Source: Octopus vulgaris
Taxonomy: Eukaryota
Direction: 5' to 3'
Length of the DNA stretch: 64,000 bases
Assembly: GCA_951406725.2 (NCBI GenBank)
Contig: OX597832.1
Location: 71,728,224-71,792,223 of the forward strand
This document shows, one piece after another, positions 24,124-36,349 of the stretch. The notes below the pieces were generated by a model. That model ran no database searches. It had not been told where the DNA came from and worked only from the letters and a program-made list of their open reading frames with translations. The translations under genes and the position numbers were made by a program. The number at the start of each line of letters is the position of its first letter. Position 1 is the stretch's first letter.

Positions 24124-26860
24124 AGGCGCTATTGGAGACGCTGCCATTGATTGACGTGGAGGCCGAGGGGGAGACGTTCAAGGCCCTTGTGGATACGGGC
24201 TGTACGACCACCCTGGTGACTTCGAGGGTGACGAAGGAATGGAACGGGGTGAGTAGTGTCCGGGCGGTCGACGGCAGCGAAATCCGTTGCAGAGGCAGCA
24301 GCAAGGTAGAGATAGTGGTGTGCGGCGCGACGCTAAGGCTGCAGGCAATTGTGGCCGAACGCGTGATAGATGGAGTTGATGTGGTGATGGGGATGGACGC
24401 CATCAACTGCCTCGGTGGCGTCAATGTTGTGGGAAATGAGGTCACGTTTGGAAGCGTGGGGGCGTCGTGCACTGCGAGTCAGGATCGCCAGAGAGAGCAG
24501 AGCCCCGCGAGGGACTGCGCCGCTTACACCATCGAAGACAAAGACTTTCAGGCGGCGTTCGATGGTCAGCGGTGGACGATAGAGTGGCGATGGAAGGACA
24601 AGCCCCGACGCTGGAGAACAGGGTGAGCTGTTACCAGCATACCCTGAAAGGCCACGCCAGGGTCGAGTTTGAAGACGAGGTGGAGAGGTGGTTCGAGGAA
24701 GGGGTCCTTGTCCCTTGGAAGGAGGAGGTAGCGGGCGGAGTGCTACCCCTGATGGTGGTGGTGCAGCCTACGAAGGGAAAAGTCAGACCGGTGCTGGACT
24801 TCAGGGAGCTAAACCAGCACATATCGCGTCACACGGGAGGTGAGGCGACAGACGTTTGTGGTGAGGCATTACGTAAGTGGAGACAGTCGACTGAGGCAGC
24901 GACGATTGTCGACTTGAGATCGGCATACTTGCAGCTCCATGTGAGCGACAAACTGTGGCGATATCAGCTGGTGCGGTACAAGGGCCGGACGTACTGTCTA
25001 ACCAGGCTGGGTTTCGGGCTAAATTCCGCTCCGAAGATCATGGCGGCAGTGCTTAGGTCCGTCCTAGGGAAAGACTGCAAGATTAGAAAGGCCACCAGCT
25101 CCTACATTGACGACATTTTGGTGGACGAAACTGTAGTGCCAGCCGACGAGGTAGTTAGACATCTGGAGAAGTTCGGACTGATTGCTAAGCCACCGGAGTC
25201 GATTGAAGGGGGAGCCGCGCTGGGGCTGAAGCTGCGAAGAGATGGATCAGGTGAATTGGTGTTCCGGAGAGGAAATGAAATCCCAGAGCTGAGTTCCAGC
25301 GTCAGCAGGAGAGAGCTGTTCTCGGTGTGTGGGAAGTTGGTCGGTCACTACCCGATCGCTGGATGGCTGCGCACGGCGTGTAGTTACACCAAGAGACGAG
25401 CAGAAGGAGAGAGGTGGGGCGACAAGGTGGGAGAAGGGACGGTGGCGATGATGCAGGAGATCCTAGAGAGGACAAGAGCGGAAGACCCGGTCAGGGAAAA
25501 CTGGTACGTGCCCAAGACGAAATGCGGGACCGTCTGGTGTGATGCTAGCAGTATAGCAATAGGGGTGGTGTTGGCAATCGAAGGCACTGCGGTGGAGGAC
25601 ACGGCCTGGCTTCGGAAAGCAGATGATTTCAACCACATCAATGTCGCCGAATTAGACGCGCTGCTGAAAGGGGTGAACTTGGCCTTGAAATGGGGGCTGC
25701 GCACGATTGAAATGCGGACGGATTCGGCCACTGTGCTTGGCTGGGTAGGATCGGTGATCACCGGTGACAGGAGAGTGTGGACGAAAGGTGCTGCGGAGAT
25801 GTTAGTGAGGCGCCGTCTAGGAGTTCTAGGTGAATTGATCGCCGAATTCGGACTGAAGCTGAATGTGGTTTTCGTGCCTTCGGAGAAAAACAGGGCGGAC
25901 GTACTGACCAAGGTGAAAAGGGCGTGGTTGGAAGAACCGGAGGAGGCCCGGAAAGGGATAGCTGCGGCGTGTCGGTTGGATGACTCTGAACTGAAGAAAC
26001 TGCACGCTATGCATCACCTGGGTGTGGACAGGACCCTGTATCTGGCAAAAAAAATTGATGCTGGCGTCACTAGGAGAAGCGTCCGGAAGGTGGTCGGGAG
26101 CTGCGACAGGTGTCAGTCCATCGACCCTGCTCCGTGTGGGCATGAACAGGGAAACCTTTCCGTGGAGCAGAACTGGAAAAGGCTAGCTGTGGACGTGACA
26201 CACTACCGTCAGCGAATGTACCTCTCCATGGTCGACTGTGGGCCGGGCCGGCTGGCCATTTGGAGGGAGTTGAGATCGGGCATTGCTGACGAGATCGTGC
26301 AGATCCTGAACGGGATATTTTTAGAGAGAGGTCCCGTGGAAGAACTACTGATGGACAACGGGGCAGCGTTTCGTTCGGAAGTATTGAGGGTTATGCTTGA
26401 TTGGTGGAACGTGCGACGCTTGTTCAGAGCAGCGTATAGGCCGGGCGGTAACGGGATCGTGGAGAGGCACCATCGGACAGTCAAGGCCATAGCGGAAAGA
26501 GGGCACATTTCGCCGCTTGAAGCAGTTTTTTGGTACAACTTGTCTCCCCGATCCGGACAAGCTGAGGAATCTGTGCCGCAGAGAGCTGTGTTCAAATATG
26601 AATGGAGGCACCCGAGCAAAGCGCCGGAGGGTCACGAGGAAGAGAAGGGACCCGTTCGCGTGAAAATAGGGGAGGAAGTCTGGGTCAAGCCACCAAAGGC
26701 GCGCTGTACGTCTCAATGGAGCAGAGGAACGGTGACGGCGATCAATTCCAGAAGCAACGTATCCGTAGATGGAACACCACGACACGTCTTGGACCTTCGC
26801 AGGATTGTTGCTTCGACGGACGATGATTCTGGAGAGGGGAGAATGAGGAGCCCAGCTTGA
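24069..26860 (+). CDS. pol: Pol (aspartic protease, RT, RNase H, integrase) reached by -1 frameshift; additional frame break near 24600
   Basis: G_GGA_AAC slippery heptamer at 24069-24075; ALVDTG, YIDD, CDAS, HHCC and DDE motifs. Confidence 0.9.
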
Positions 26861-26950
26861 GAAGATCTCGACGAGTAAGGCGCTCTCCCGGTTGGATGGT
26901 AGACTACAACATGGAGCGGAGAGATTGTGATCTTTAAGATCAGGGTGGCG

Positions 26951-27254
26951 TGTGGGATGACGTCAGCAGCTGGACGTCAGCAGCCGGACGTCAGCAGCCG
27001 GGTGCGTTGACCGGAAGCGGGGCAAGCGGAAGGGGTCAGCTGTCAGGCGTGCGCAGGGAGCGGAAATCGCCCTTTCCAACGTGGGTCGTGCAGGTGACAA
27101 GACGTGCAAGGACGTCGCTAATGGTTTGGGCTAGCAGCTGCTATCGTTAGTGTTCGGGTCGGGGCTGTGAGGAAGGACTAGTCATCTCTGGAGGGTCTCC
27201 GTCACTACGAAGAGAAGGTAGGTGCCTCTATATTCAAATCGCGCACTCACTACA
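26951..27254 (+). repeat. 3' LTR (304 bp; extra 14-bp gacgtcagcagccg unit)
   Basis: Direct repeat of the 5' LTR. Confidence 0.97.
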
Positions 27255-28323
27255 TATACATAACAGACTTCTATATCATCTGTCAACACATTATATATTA
27301 TCTACATACCATTTGTTTCTGTTTCATGACTACACACTGTATATACATTTATCTTCATTCCTTCTCAGTCCTCAAACTAAACAGCACATATTGTAGAACG
27401 AAATTTCAAAAAATAGGCTTTACCTATGAGGTTCAGAACTATCAAATATCCTCTTAAAGTCATCAAGATACTTCTGAAAGTCAACAGCTATATTTCTGAA
27501 ATTTGGTAAAATATTTAAGCACAGAATGTCATTCCATGACCTTTCAGTCAACCATTCTGGAGCAGGATTTTCCAGTAAATTATGCCATTCATTCTACAAA
27601 CGAAAACAGAAAAAGAGAATTAAAAAAATATATTTCATTTCTTTTTAATGAAAGCAGTAAAAGTAATGTGCAAATAATAAGATACCATATCAATCAAAGA
27701 ATCATTCATTTTAATTTTGGGTTAGTGATGTAGATTTATATCATTTATCTACATCTGAACCTTTCATTATTCTGTACCTACTAAGTATCTCGTTGTTACA
27801 CCTCTAATCTATTCAATACTCACTTATCTCCCCAATAGCTCATCTCCTATTCACTATACCATATAATGTGTGAACTACTAGTAACACTCCATCAGCATAT
27901 AACTTGGAATAAAACAAAATGTAAATCTTAGAACTTTTGAAGCATGTTATGTCACTTGATGAGGCTTTCTGCACTGTGCATTGCATCTGATGTCAGTACA
28001 TCATTCCACACCCACTAGGGAATAGTACAGAAGGAAGCTTAAAAGATTTTTGTGCCAAATAAAGCTTCTAGTTATGCTCCATCTTCATTATCAATCATTT
28101 AATATATACACAACGTGCACCTAGAAATCCTTGATGTAAATCCAGCAACGAAAGCGCAGTACCGCAGATAACAGCTGGTAGCCATAAGTAGTGAATGTAC
28201 TCTGCAAGTACACTATCTGGGACCTACCCAAAACAAGGATTGGATACATCTTAATGTCTCTTTTCTAAGCCTCAATTTTTAATTTCAAATTTAGCTTTAT
28301 GCACACACACACACATACATACG

Positions 28324-28362
<39 letters not shown>

Positions 28363-28364
<2 letters not shown>

Positions 28365-28503
28365 CTCTTTTTACTCTTTTACTTGTTTCAGCCATTGACT
28401 GTGGCCATGCTGGAGCACCGCCTTTAGTCGAGCAAATCGACCCCGGGACTTATTCTTTGTAAGCCCAGTACTTATTCTATCGGTCTCTTTTGCTGAACCG
28501 CTA
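28363..28503 (-). mobile_element. SINE 3' part
   Basis: Near-identical to 56257-56345; (tactcttt)n tail; tail shared with the LINE end at 60113-60151. Confidence 0.85.
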
Positions 28504-28768
28504 TATACATACACACACACATATTATACATACACACTCATATACAAACATATCAGGTCATTAAGAATGAAATGTCTGATTTTGAACTGAAACTCTATTT
28601 TATTTTATCTCAACAGAAAGCAATGCAGTTAATCAAAGTATGCACCTAAATTATCAACACAATTTTACGATTTTATCAATAGCTTATTTACACTGGCAGC
28701 AAAGAATTCTGGAGAGTAACAGGTGATGAATTCACGAAAGGCTGTTTTCACATCTTCTTCAGACTTAA

Positions 28769-29146
28769 GATATATGCTTCATTGCCTGCTTAATACAGAA
28801 ATATACATGCCAGCAGAAATGAAAAACCTTCTCACCCCATTCTTACTTTGCTCTTACTATAACTATTCCCAGCTATTAGTATACCATCTAGTTAATAGAA
28901 ACTACTTACAACATAAATCAATTGAGCAATTTGTTTTCTGAGTGTTGTACTGCTAACTGTATATGATGTTTAGATTTTACTCGAAATCTAGAAATTTCTT
29001 ATAAAAAGTTACCACTGCAACTTTTGTGCACCTATTGCTTCACTGCACTCATAGTAATGAGCTTCTACCACTTCTCAGAGCCACAAGAGATTTTGTATTC
29101 TCTCTTCATTTTAATCATGTTAATCTTCAGACCTTTAGATTTTTAA
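28769..29146. repeat. 378-bp direct duplication, copy 1 (copy 2 at 35579-35956)
   Basis: Only two substitutions seen between the copies. Confidence 0.93.
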
Positions 29147-29426
29147 GATTGTCAAACTTGGTGCATAAGAAAATTGGACATTCCATTTTAATAACTTCAC
29201 ACATACATCCATCCATACATACAAACACATACACATACACACATATAATGCATCTTTTCTGAGGAACATCTAACTGCACTTTCTAACAGGTTACATGATG
29301 ATGTAGTCTCCATTGCTGGCTCCCCACATATTTTTCTACTCTCATCAACCAGTGAAATGTTGTGTTAGAAGAGAAAACTGATATACGTATTGGTTTAAAT
29401 AAATCTTTATTTTCCACATTCTACAG

Positions 29427-29540
29427 ATAATAGAGAGTTGAAAATAAAGTACTTTACATACTCTCTATATACCAATGTATGCCGATGTCTTTTTGAGAAG
29501 CATAAACTTCTTTTTGCATTTCTGGTGTGTACCAAAATTA
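29427..29540 (+). pseudogene. DNAH1: DNAH1-like exon in inverted orientation
   Basis: ttctacAG acceptor, then KYFTYSLYTNVCRCLFEKHKLLFAFLVCTKI on the plus strand. Confidence 0.9.
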
Positions 29541-29974
29541 GTTTTTCTAATTGATCACAAGGCTACCTTGTTGCCTATAAGTCTAAAGAAATAAAAAAAA
29601 AAGTATTTCATTTTTTATAACACATCAACACATACAATGAAATAAGATAATACTGGTATAAAATAACTATTTTTGGTTGGAAAATGAAACCTGCAAGAGA
29701 AAGGAAAACAAAAATGAGAATTTCAGTGAAGAAACTTGACTAAGAAAGACTGATTAGTTCCAGTTGGTAGAGAAATAACTTGCAAACACAGGTGGATAAA
29801 AAATAAAAAACACTAATAACACCAGAATACACACCTATTAGAAGAAAAAACAAAACAATTTAACATTTTTATTATTATTAACTTTTATTTTATTCAACAG
29901 TTCAGTATTTATCATTTTATTTTATACATTTTATTGCCTCCAGAAAAAGTGAAGAAAATTGAAGAAAAATTTAC

Positions 29975-30109
29975 TTGTTTCAATAACACTGGTTCAAGGA
30001 TCTAGTTCTGTTGTAACAGACATGGTTTCCCAAACTTTAAGGCATTCTCAAGTGTACGAAGAAAATCTTTGTCATAGAGCTTGATAACATCTAAGGAATT
30101 ATTGTTCTC
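29975..30109 (-). pseudogene. DNAH1: DNAH1-like AAA5 exon with deletions
   Basis: ENNNSLDVIKLYDKDFLRTLENALKFGKPCLLQ / ELD / LEPVLLKQ|GT. Confidence 0.92.
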
Positions 30110-31160
30110 CAAGAAGCACATTAAAATATGTCAACTCACTGATAGAAGAAAATTTGTATGAGAGGAGTTATATCAAAATAAGTTATCATGCATCAGTCAC
30201 AGGGAAATCAGGAATAGATTTGAAAAATAATTTAGTAATTAAAACATCACAATTACAGATATATTCAGTGTGTTAAACCTTAGATAAATGGCACAAAAAT
30301 AAGAATAAGTTGGAAATCTAGTATGAGATATTTATGCTTCAAGTTAGTACAAATTAATAAAATTGTCCTTTAACTGATGTAATATTTTTAGAAAAAATAC
30401 TCAAGTCTCCAAGAGTTATACAACATTATACTAAAAAGATTTTCATTCTTATGGTCTTTTTATCATTAAAGGGTATTAATACCTATATACTATGCTAGAC
30501 AATAAATTATGGAAGCCTAGCTGATGAGCAACAATGGTCTAGGAAGTTAAAGCAGACAGTTTGAGAAGATTGGATGAAGTTAATGCAGTCATTTATTTTC
30601 TCAAACTTCTGAAGTGAGTTATTGGTGAAAATAGAAGTGAGGGTCTAATTTATGGCCAATAAAGTATTATAGGAGATTTATTACAGCCATTTGTGAAACT
30701 AGTTGGTGGTTGGTGGGTTATCTACTAAGTTCCTTGAGGAAAATAAGTAATCCAGATTTTTTTTTAGCATATATTAAATGAAACTGAAGTTGCAGTAAAT
30801 CAGATTTAACCTAATGGATACCTTGTGGTTTTTAAAAGGCCAAGTTCACATTAATTAGAAAGTAGAAGAATGTTCCAGGAAGAGAAACAGAAAGAGACAA
30901 GTTGTAAGTGAAGAGATATAGACAGGTAAATATTATTGATTCTGAGTAGAAGTCTCATTCTGCATAAATACATTTAGTCCATTATTTAAACCTGACTTTT
31001 TATGTATTAGAGATTACGCTATGCAATCTGTTCCTAATTTTAGATAGTAGAATGTAATTTGTGTGAGAGTTAGCAGCTATTTCTAGCAGGCAAAGAAACC
31101 ATCTGGTGACTCTTTTATTGGTGTAATTCAGATGTCAGTAATTTGTGTGAATATTATTTT

Positions 31161-33980
31161 CAGAGTGACTTTAGGATCAGGACTAAGAGGACGACCAGAA
31201 GACGACCAACATGGAGAAGAAGGATCTGGAAGCTTAAAGATCCTGCAAATGGACAGAGATTTAGGGACATATTACTTGAAGCCTTTGACGAAGTAGAAGG
31301 GGATAGAACATCACAGGGGGTAGAAGACAACTGGACGTTTCTAAGGGACAACCTGCTGAGAGCCACTGACCAGATCTGTGGCTGGTGCAAAGTCCCCTCT
31401 CAACCTAGAATAACATGGTGGTGGAACAATGTTGTAGACAGGGCTATTAGAGAAAAGAGACAGGCTTGGAAGGACTGGAAAAATGGGGGTAGCAGGGAAT
31501 TGTATCAGACTGCCAAAAGAGAAGCTAGGAGACAGGTTTATTTAGCCAGAGGGGAAGCAGATAAGAAAAAATTTGCCAATGTTCTGCGCCGTGAGGACCA
31601 AAGACTTGAGGTATTTCGTGTTGCAAGACAGTGTGTGAGAGAGAATCATGATGTGGTAGGAGAGAAATGTGTTCGCATGGATGATGCTTCACTTGCGCTA
31701 AATGAGGATGCAAAGGGAGAGGTGTGGAGATGCCACTATGAAAGGTTGCTGAATAAAGAAAATGAATGGGATAAAGAGAGTCTGCTGAATGTTGATCCAA
31801 CAGAGGGACCAGCTATCCGAGCTGACAGTTCCTTGGTAATTGAGGCAATTAGAAGCATGAAGACAGGGAAAGCCCCAGGCCCATCAGGAATTACTGCAGA
31901 GATGCTCAAAATATCTGGTAGTGTCGGCTATAGCCTAGTCACCCGTATAGTTAACCAGGTAACACACGAAGGAGTCATACCAATGACTGGTGTAGCAGCA
32001 TAATAGTCAACTGCTACAAAGGTAAAGGTGACGCTTTAGATGCAAATAATTACAGAAATATCAAGCTGTTGGATCAGGTAATTAGAGAGAGAGTTAGTTT
32101 AGATGAGATGCAGTTTGGATTTGTGCCAGGGAAGAGCACCACTGATGCCATATTCCTGGTAAGACAGCTGCAGGAGAAATATCTAGCCAAAGATAAGCCC
32201 CTGTACCTGGCTTCGTTGACATGGAGAAAGCTTTTGACAGGGTCCCCCGTCCCTTATCAGGTGGTCAATGAGGAAAGTAGGGATAGATGAATGGTTAGTG
32301 AGAGCTGTGCGAGCCATGTACAGGGACACTGCTAGTAAGGTGAGGGTTGGCTACGAGTACAGTGAAGAATTCCGGGTAGAGGTAGGGGTCCACCAAGGTT
32401 CAGCCCTCAGCCCCCTCCTATTTATCGTAGTCCTCCAGGCAATAACGGAGGAATTCAAGACAGGATGCCCCTGGGAGCTCATCTATGCTGGAAACCTTGC
32501 TCTAATTGCTGAGTCACTATCAGAACTGGAGGAGAAGTTTCAGGTGTGGAAGCAAGGATTAGAATCGAAGGGCCTTAGAGTCAACCTAGCTAAAAGTCCT
32601 AATAAGTAGGAAGGTAGACAAGTCACAAACGCCTTCAGGTAGATGGCCTTGCTAGATCTGTAGGAAAGGCGTAGGTAGAAACTCTATAAGATGCACCAAG
32701 TGTAAGCTATGGACACACAAGAGGTGCAGCAACGTCAAGGGAAGGCTAACTAGGAAGATGGTTTTTTGTATGTGGCAGATGCTCAGGAGCAATAAACACT
32801 GAAAATGCTCTGAGACCAACTTCCGTCACTTTCCAGGGAGAAAAACTATAAATAGTTGATAGCTTCCGTTACCTAGGTGACCAAGTCAGTAGCGGGGGCG
32901 GGTGTGTTGAAAGTGTAACTGCTAGAGTAAGAATAGCTTGGGCAAAGTTCAGAGAGCTCTTACCTCTGCTAGGGACAAAAGGCCTCTCGCTCAGAGTAAA
33001 AGGTAGACTGTATGATGCTTGTGTATGAACAGCCATGCTACATGGCAGTGAAACATGGGCCATGACTGCTGAGGATATGCGTAAGCTCGCAAGAAATGAA
33101 GCCAATATGCTCTGATGGATGTGTAATGTCAGTGTTCATACTTGACAGAGTGTAAGTACCTTGAGAGAGAAGTTGGACCTAAGAAGCATCAGTTGCGGTG
33201 TGCAAAAGAGACGTTTGCGCTGGTATGGCCATGTGACAAGAATGGATAAAGATAGTTGTGCGAAAAAGTGCCACACCCTAGCTGTTGCGTGAATCTGTGG
33301 AAGAGGCAGACCCAGGAAAACCTGGGATGAGGTGGTGAAGCATGACCTTCGAACTTTAGGTCTCACCGAGGAAATGACTAGAGACCGAGACCTTTGGAAG
33401 TATGCTGTGCGTGAGAAGACGCGGCAGGACAAGTGAGACCATCACCCATGGCCTCAGTCCACTTATGCATACCTTTCCTTCTTGGGACACAAAACCCTAC
33501 TTGTGAAGACCTGTTGAGGCAAGTGAAAATCAAAAAATGAAAAAATGAAAAATCAAAATTGATCAACATGGATGGAAATTGTCGCTGTGATATCAGTGCA
33601 GGTGACACATAAGAGAACCATCCGAACGTGGCCATTGCCAGTGCCGTCCTGACTGGCTTCCGTGCCAGTGGCACGTAAAAAGCACCATCCAATCGTGGCT
33701 GTTGCCAGCCTTGCCTGGCCTCCATGCCGGTGGCACGTAAAAAGCACCATCCGACAGTGGCCGTTTGCCAGACTTGTCTGGCACCTGTGCAGGTGGAACG
33801 TGAAAAGCACCCACTACACTCATGGAGTGGTTGGAGTTAGGAAGGATATCCAGCCGTAGAAACATTGCCAGATCAGACTGGGCCTGGTGCAGCCTTCTGG
33901 CTTCCCAGACCCCAGTTGCACCGTCCAACCCATGCCAGCATGGAAAGCGGACGCTAAACAATGATGATGATGATGATGAT
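31161..33980 (+). mobile_element. 5'-truncated RTE-clade LINE with complete modular 3' UTR and (GAT)n tail
   Basis: KAPGPSGI, QFGFVPGKSTTDAIF, GVHQGSALSPLLF, GRGRPRKTW motifs; several frameshifts. Confidence 0.96.
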
Positions 33981-34716
33981 TATTTTCAGAGTATTTCCTT
34001 TGCGTTGATTAATATGAAGTACAAACCATTCAAACAATTTCCATCTGGACTGCCAAAGCAGAGAGATTCCTTACAAAAATGACAGCAATGCATCTCTAAG
34101 GTATGACCATATCACCTGCACTGGTGTTTGCTCTTTTAGATTTGAAATATCTTCCCCTATAGACATAACAACACTGCCTTGTAGTGCAATTAGCAGTCTT
34201 TTCAACACTGTGGGGAACATTTCCTTTCTGTCATTTTGCTTTGACTGTATACAATTTTCTTTATGCTGGTGCTACAAATTCCTCATGCAGAGCCTCAACA
34301 AAAATTATAGAAGGTGAAGATGGCTAATAAAGAATTAGAAATCCCATCTGACAAAGACATTATATGTTGCCCATAGGAAAAACTCTATGAACAATGTTTT
34401 TATAGTGGTGAGGACATTTGTAAAGTTTGGTTGTTCAGGTCTATGCCATGCACCACATTGTATTTACACACTTTCACTGGCTTTTGGACAAGAACTAAGG
34501 TCCTCCTCTTCTCAGATTCCTGATATACTGTGACATGATGAAATAAATAGGATGTTTATTCTTTCAGACTACAGTAGCAATCATTCCATTGAAAAACTAT
34601 TTAAAGTTAATGCTTGCCTTTTGATTGTCTCTTCTAATTAAAGACTGGGAAATTACTTCTTTTCATCATGGCAAAACAACATAGTCTAATGACTTTCTTC
34701 TTCAACAAATATTCTG

Positions 34717-34784
34717 TCATTTGGGCAGAAGAATAGATGTAATCAGTATATATACTGATTGCATCTATTCTTCTGCCCAAATGA
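34717..34784. repeat. 68-bp near-perfect palindrome
   Basis: tcatttgggcagaagaatagatgtaatcagtata|tatactgattgcatctattcttctgcccaaatga; one T/G mismatch. Confidence 0.95.
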
Positions 34785-35069
34785 ATAGTCTTGCCTTGAG
34801 TATTCATTTAAGCCACTAAGTTCATTGTTATGTTAGCATTTTTTTGTTTTCCTGGGTACACCTTTTAATGCAGACTTAACCAACAGAAATTTATTGCACA
34901 GGAGAAATTTGTTGATAAACCAGTGAACTGGCTTATCTTTGGTATATTACTTAGATGACTGTATATTATTTGTTTGGTTCATACTGTCAACAAATGATAG
35001 TTCAAAGTCGGGCATATTATAATGCTTGAATTTTCTCATAAAATAATTGAACATTGAATGTACTCTGTC

Positions 35070-35175
35070 AATTTGTCTTATTTGACTGAGGATCTTCTTC
35101 AATCACAAAATGCTGACTAAACTGTAAGAAACCTGTCACCAGGCATGGTGTTTCCAAATCACAGTATTTCATAGA
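35070..35175 (-). pseudogene. Possible further, highly decayed dynein AAA5 exon
   Basis: QFSQHFVIEEDPQSNK resembles dynein QFSQRW..FIDPQ.QANKW; acceptor ttacAG present; position is colinear. Confidence 0.35.
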
Positions 35176-35578
35176 TCTGTAATAGAATAAATGAAATTAG
35201 GTAGAATCATATTTTGTATTCATTGTCATTTTCAAATGTTGATGTGATTTAGCCAATTCTGCAGTATTGCATCAAGGTCCACGAGTCCTAGTAGCCTGAG
35301 TTCCAACCTCACCACTTATTCTCCTATTTCAGTTTTCTATGCTTTGAGCACCTTATTAAGAAAGGTCTTAATAAGCAATGCTTTTCATTATTTTTATATA
35401 TATATATAAAGAGCAGGCATTGTCCATCAAATAACTACACCATTGTGATTGTCCTTCTTGCTAATTCATTTAATCTGCAAATTCATTTAATACATGACTA
35501 TTCTTTTGCTATGCTCTACAAACACAATGGACATATTTTTAATAAGCATATATTCTTACAGTGCAATATCACTCTTCT

Positions 35579-35956
35579 GATATATGCTTCATTGCCTGCT
35601 TAATACAGAAATATACATGCCAGCAGAAATGAAAAACCTTCTCACCCCATTCTTACTCTGCTCTTACTATAACTATTCCCAGCTATTAGTATACCATCTA
35701 GTTAATAGAAACTACTTACAACATAAATCAATTGAGCAATTTGTTTTCTGAGTGTTGTACTGCTAAATGTATATGATGTTTAGATTTTACTCGAAATCTA
35801 GAAATTTCTTATAAAAAGTTACCACTGCAACTTTTGTGCACCTATTGCTTCACTGCACTCATAGTAATGAGCTTCTACCACTTCTCAGAGCCACAAGAGA
35901 TTTTGTATTCTCTCTTCATTTTAATCATGTTAATCTTCAGACCTTTAGATTTTTAA
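35579..35956. repeat. 378-bp direct duplication, copy 2
   Basis: Matches 28769-29146. Confidence 0.93.
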
Positions 35957-36349
35957 CTATTCCAGATTTCAAACATTTCTGTAGCTTTTTTGTGAAGTGG
36001 AAAGTTTAATTTTATATTCTGGAAATCCAAAATTTCCCAAATGCAGGGCCATGTACTTGTTTAGAAAGGGAAAGGTAGAGTATTGGTGTGAATTTGTCAA
36101 AAGTGTTAACAACATTCTTAAATGATATAACAACTTGTTGCAGTCATTGAATCAATCCCAATACTTATCTTTTTTTAAATCCAGTGTTCATACAAATCTA
36201 TTCTTGAAGTGGTTGGTTGTCTTTTTTGATGGTTTCAGGTTCAGCTCCCCTGTGCAGCACCCTAGGCTCCAGGTCAACCAATGCCTTGTGAATGAATTTG
36301 GTTGACAAACTGTGTAGAAGTGTGTAGTGTGCATTTGTGTGTGTGTCTT

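Larger units (their letters stand above)
23024..27254 (+). mobile_element. Full-length Ty3/Gypsy-type LTR retrotransposon
   Basis: TG...CA LTRs at 23024-23313 and 26951-27254; 5-bp TSD TATAC; purine-rich tract before 3' LTR; gag-PR-RT-RH-IN order. Confidence 0.98.
4103..30109 (-). pseudogene. DNAH1: Unprocessed axonemal dynein heavy chain (DNAH1-like) pseudogene, AAA5 to C-terminal region; overall span
   Basis: Seven minus-strand exons in colinear order plus one inverted exon; most keep GT/AG ends; a stop codon, frameshifts and deletions are present. Confidence 0.88.

Noticed and set aside
28120-28223. Short open minus-strand exon candidate (VPDSVLAEYIHYLWLP...)
   Set aside because: Weak donor site and no recognisable homology.
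33498-33530. ctgttgaggcaagtgaaa resembling a hammerhead ribozyme core
   Set aside because: It lacks the invariant CUGA, and I could not build the three stems.
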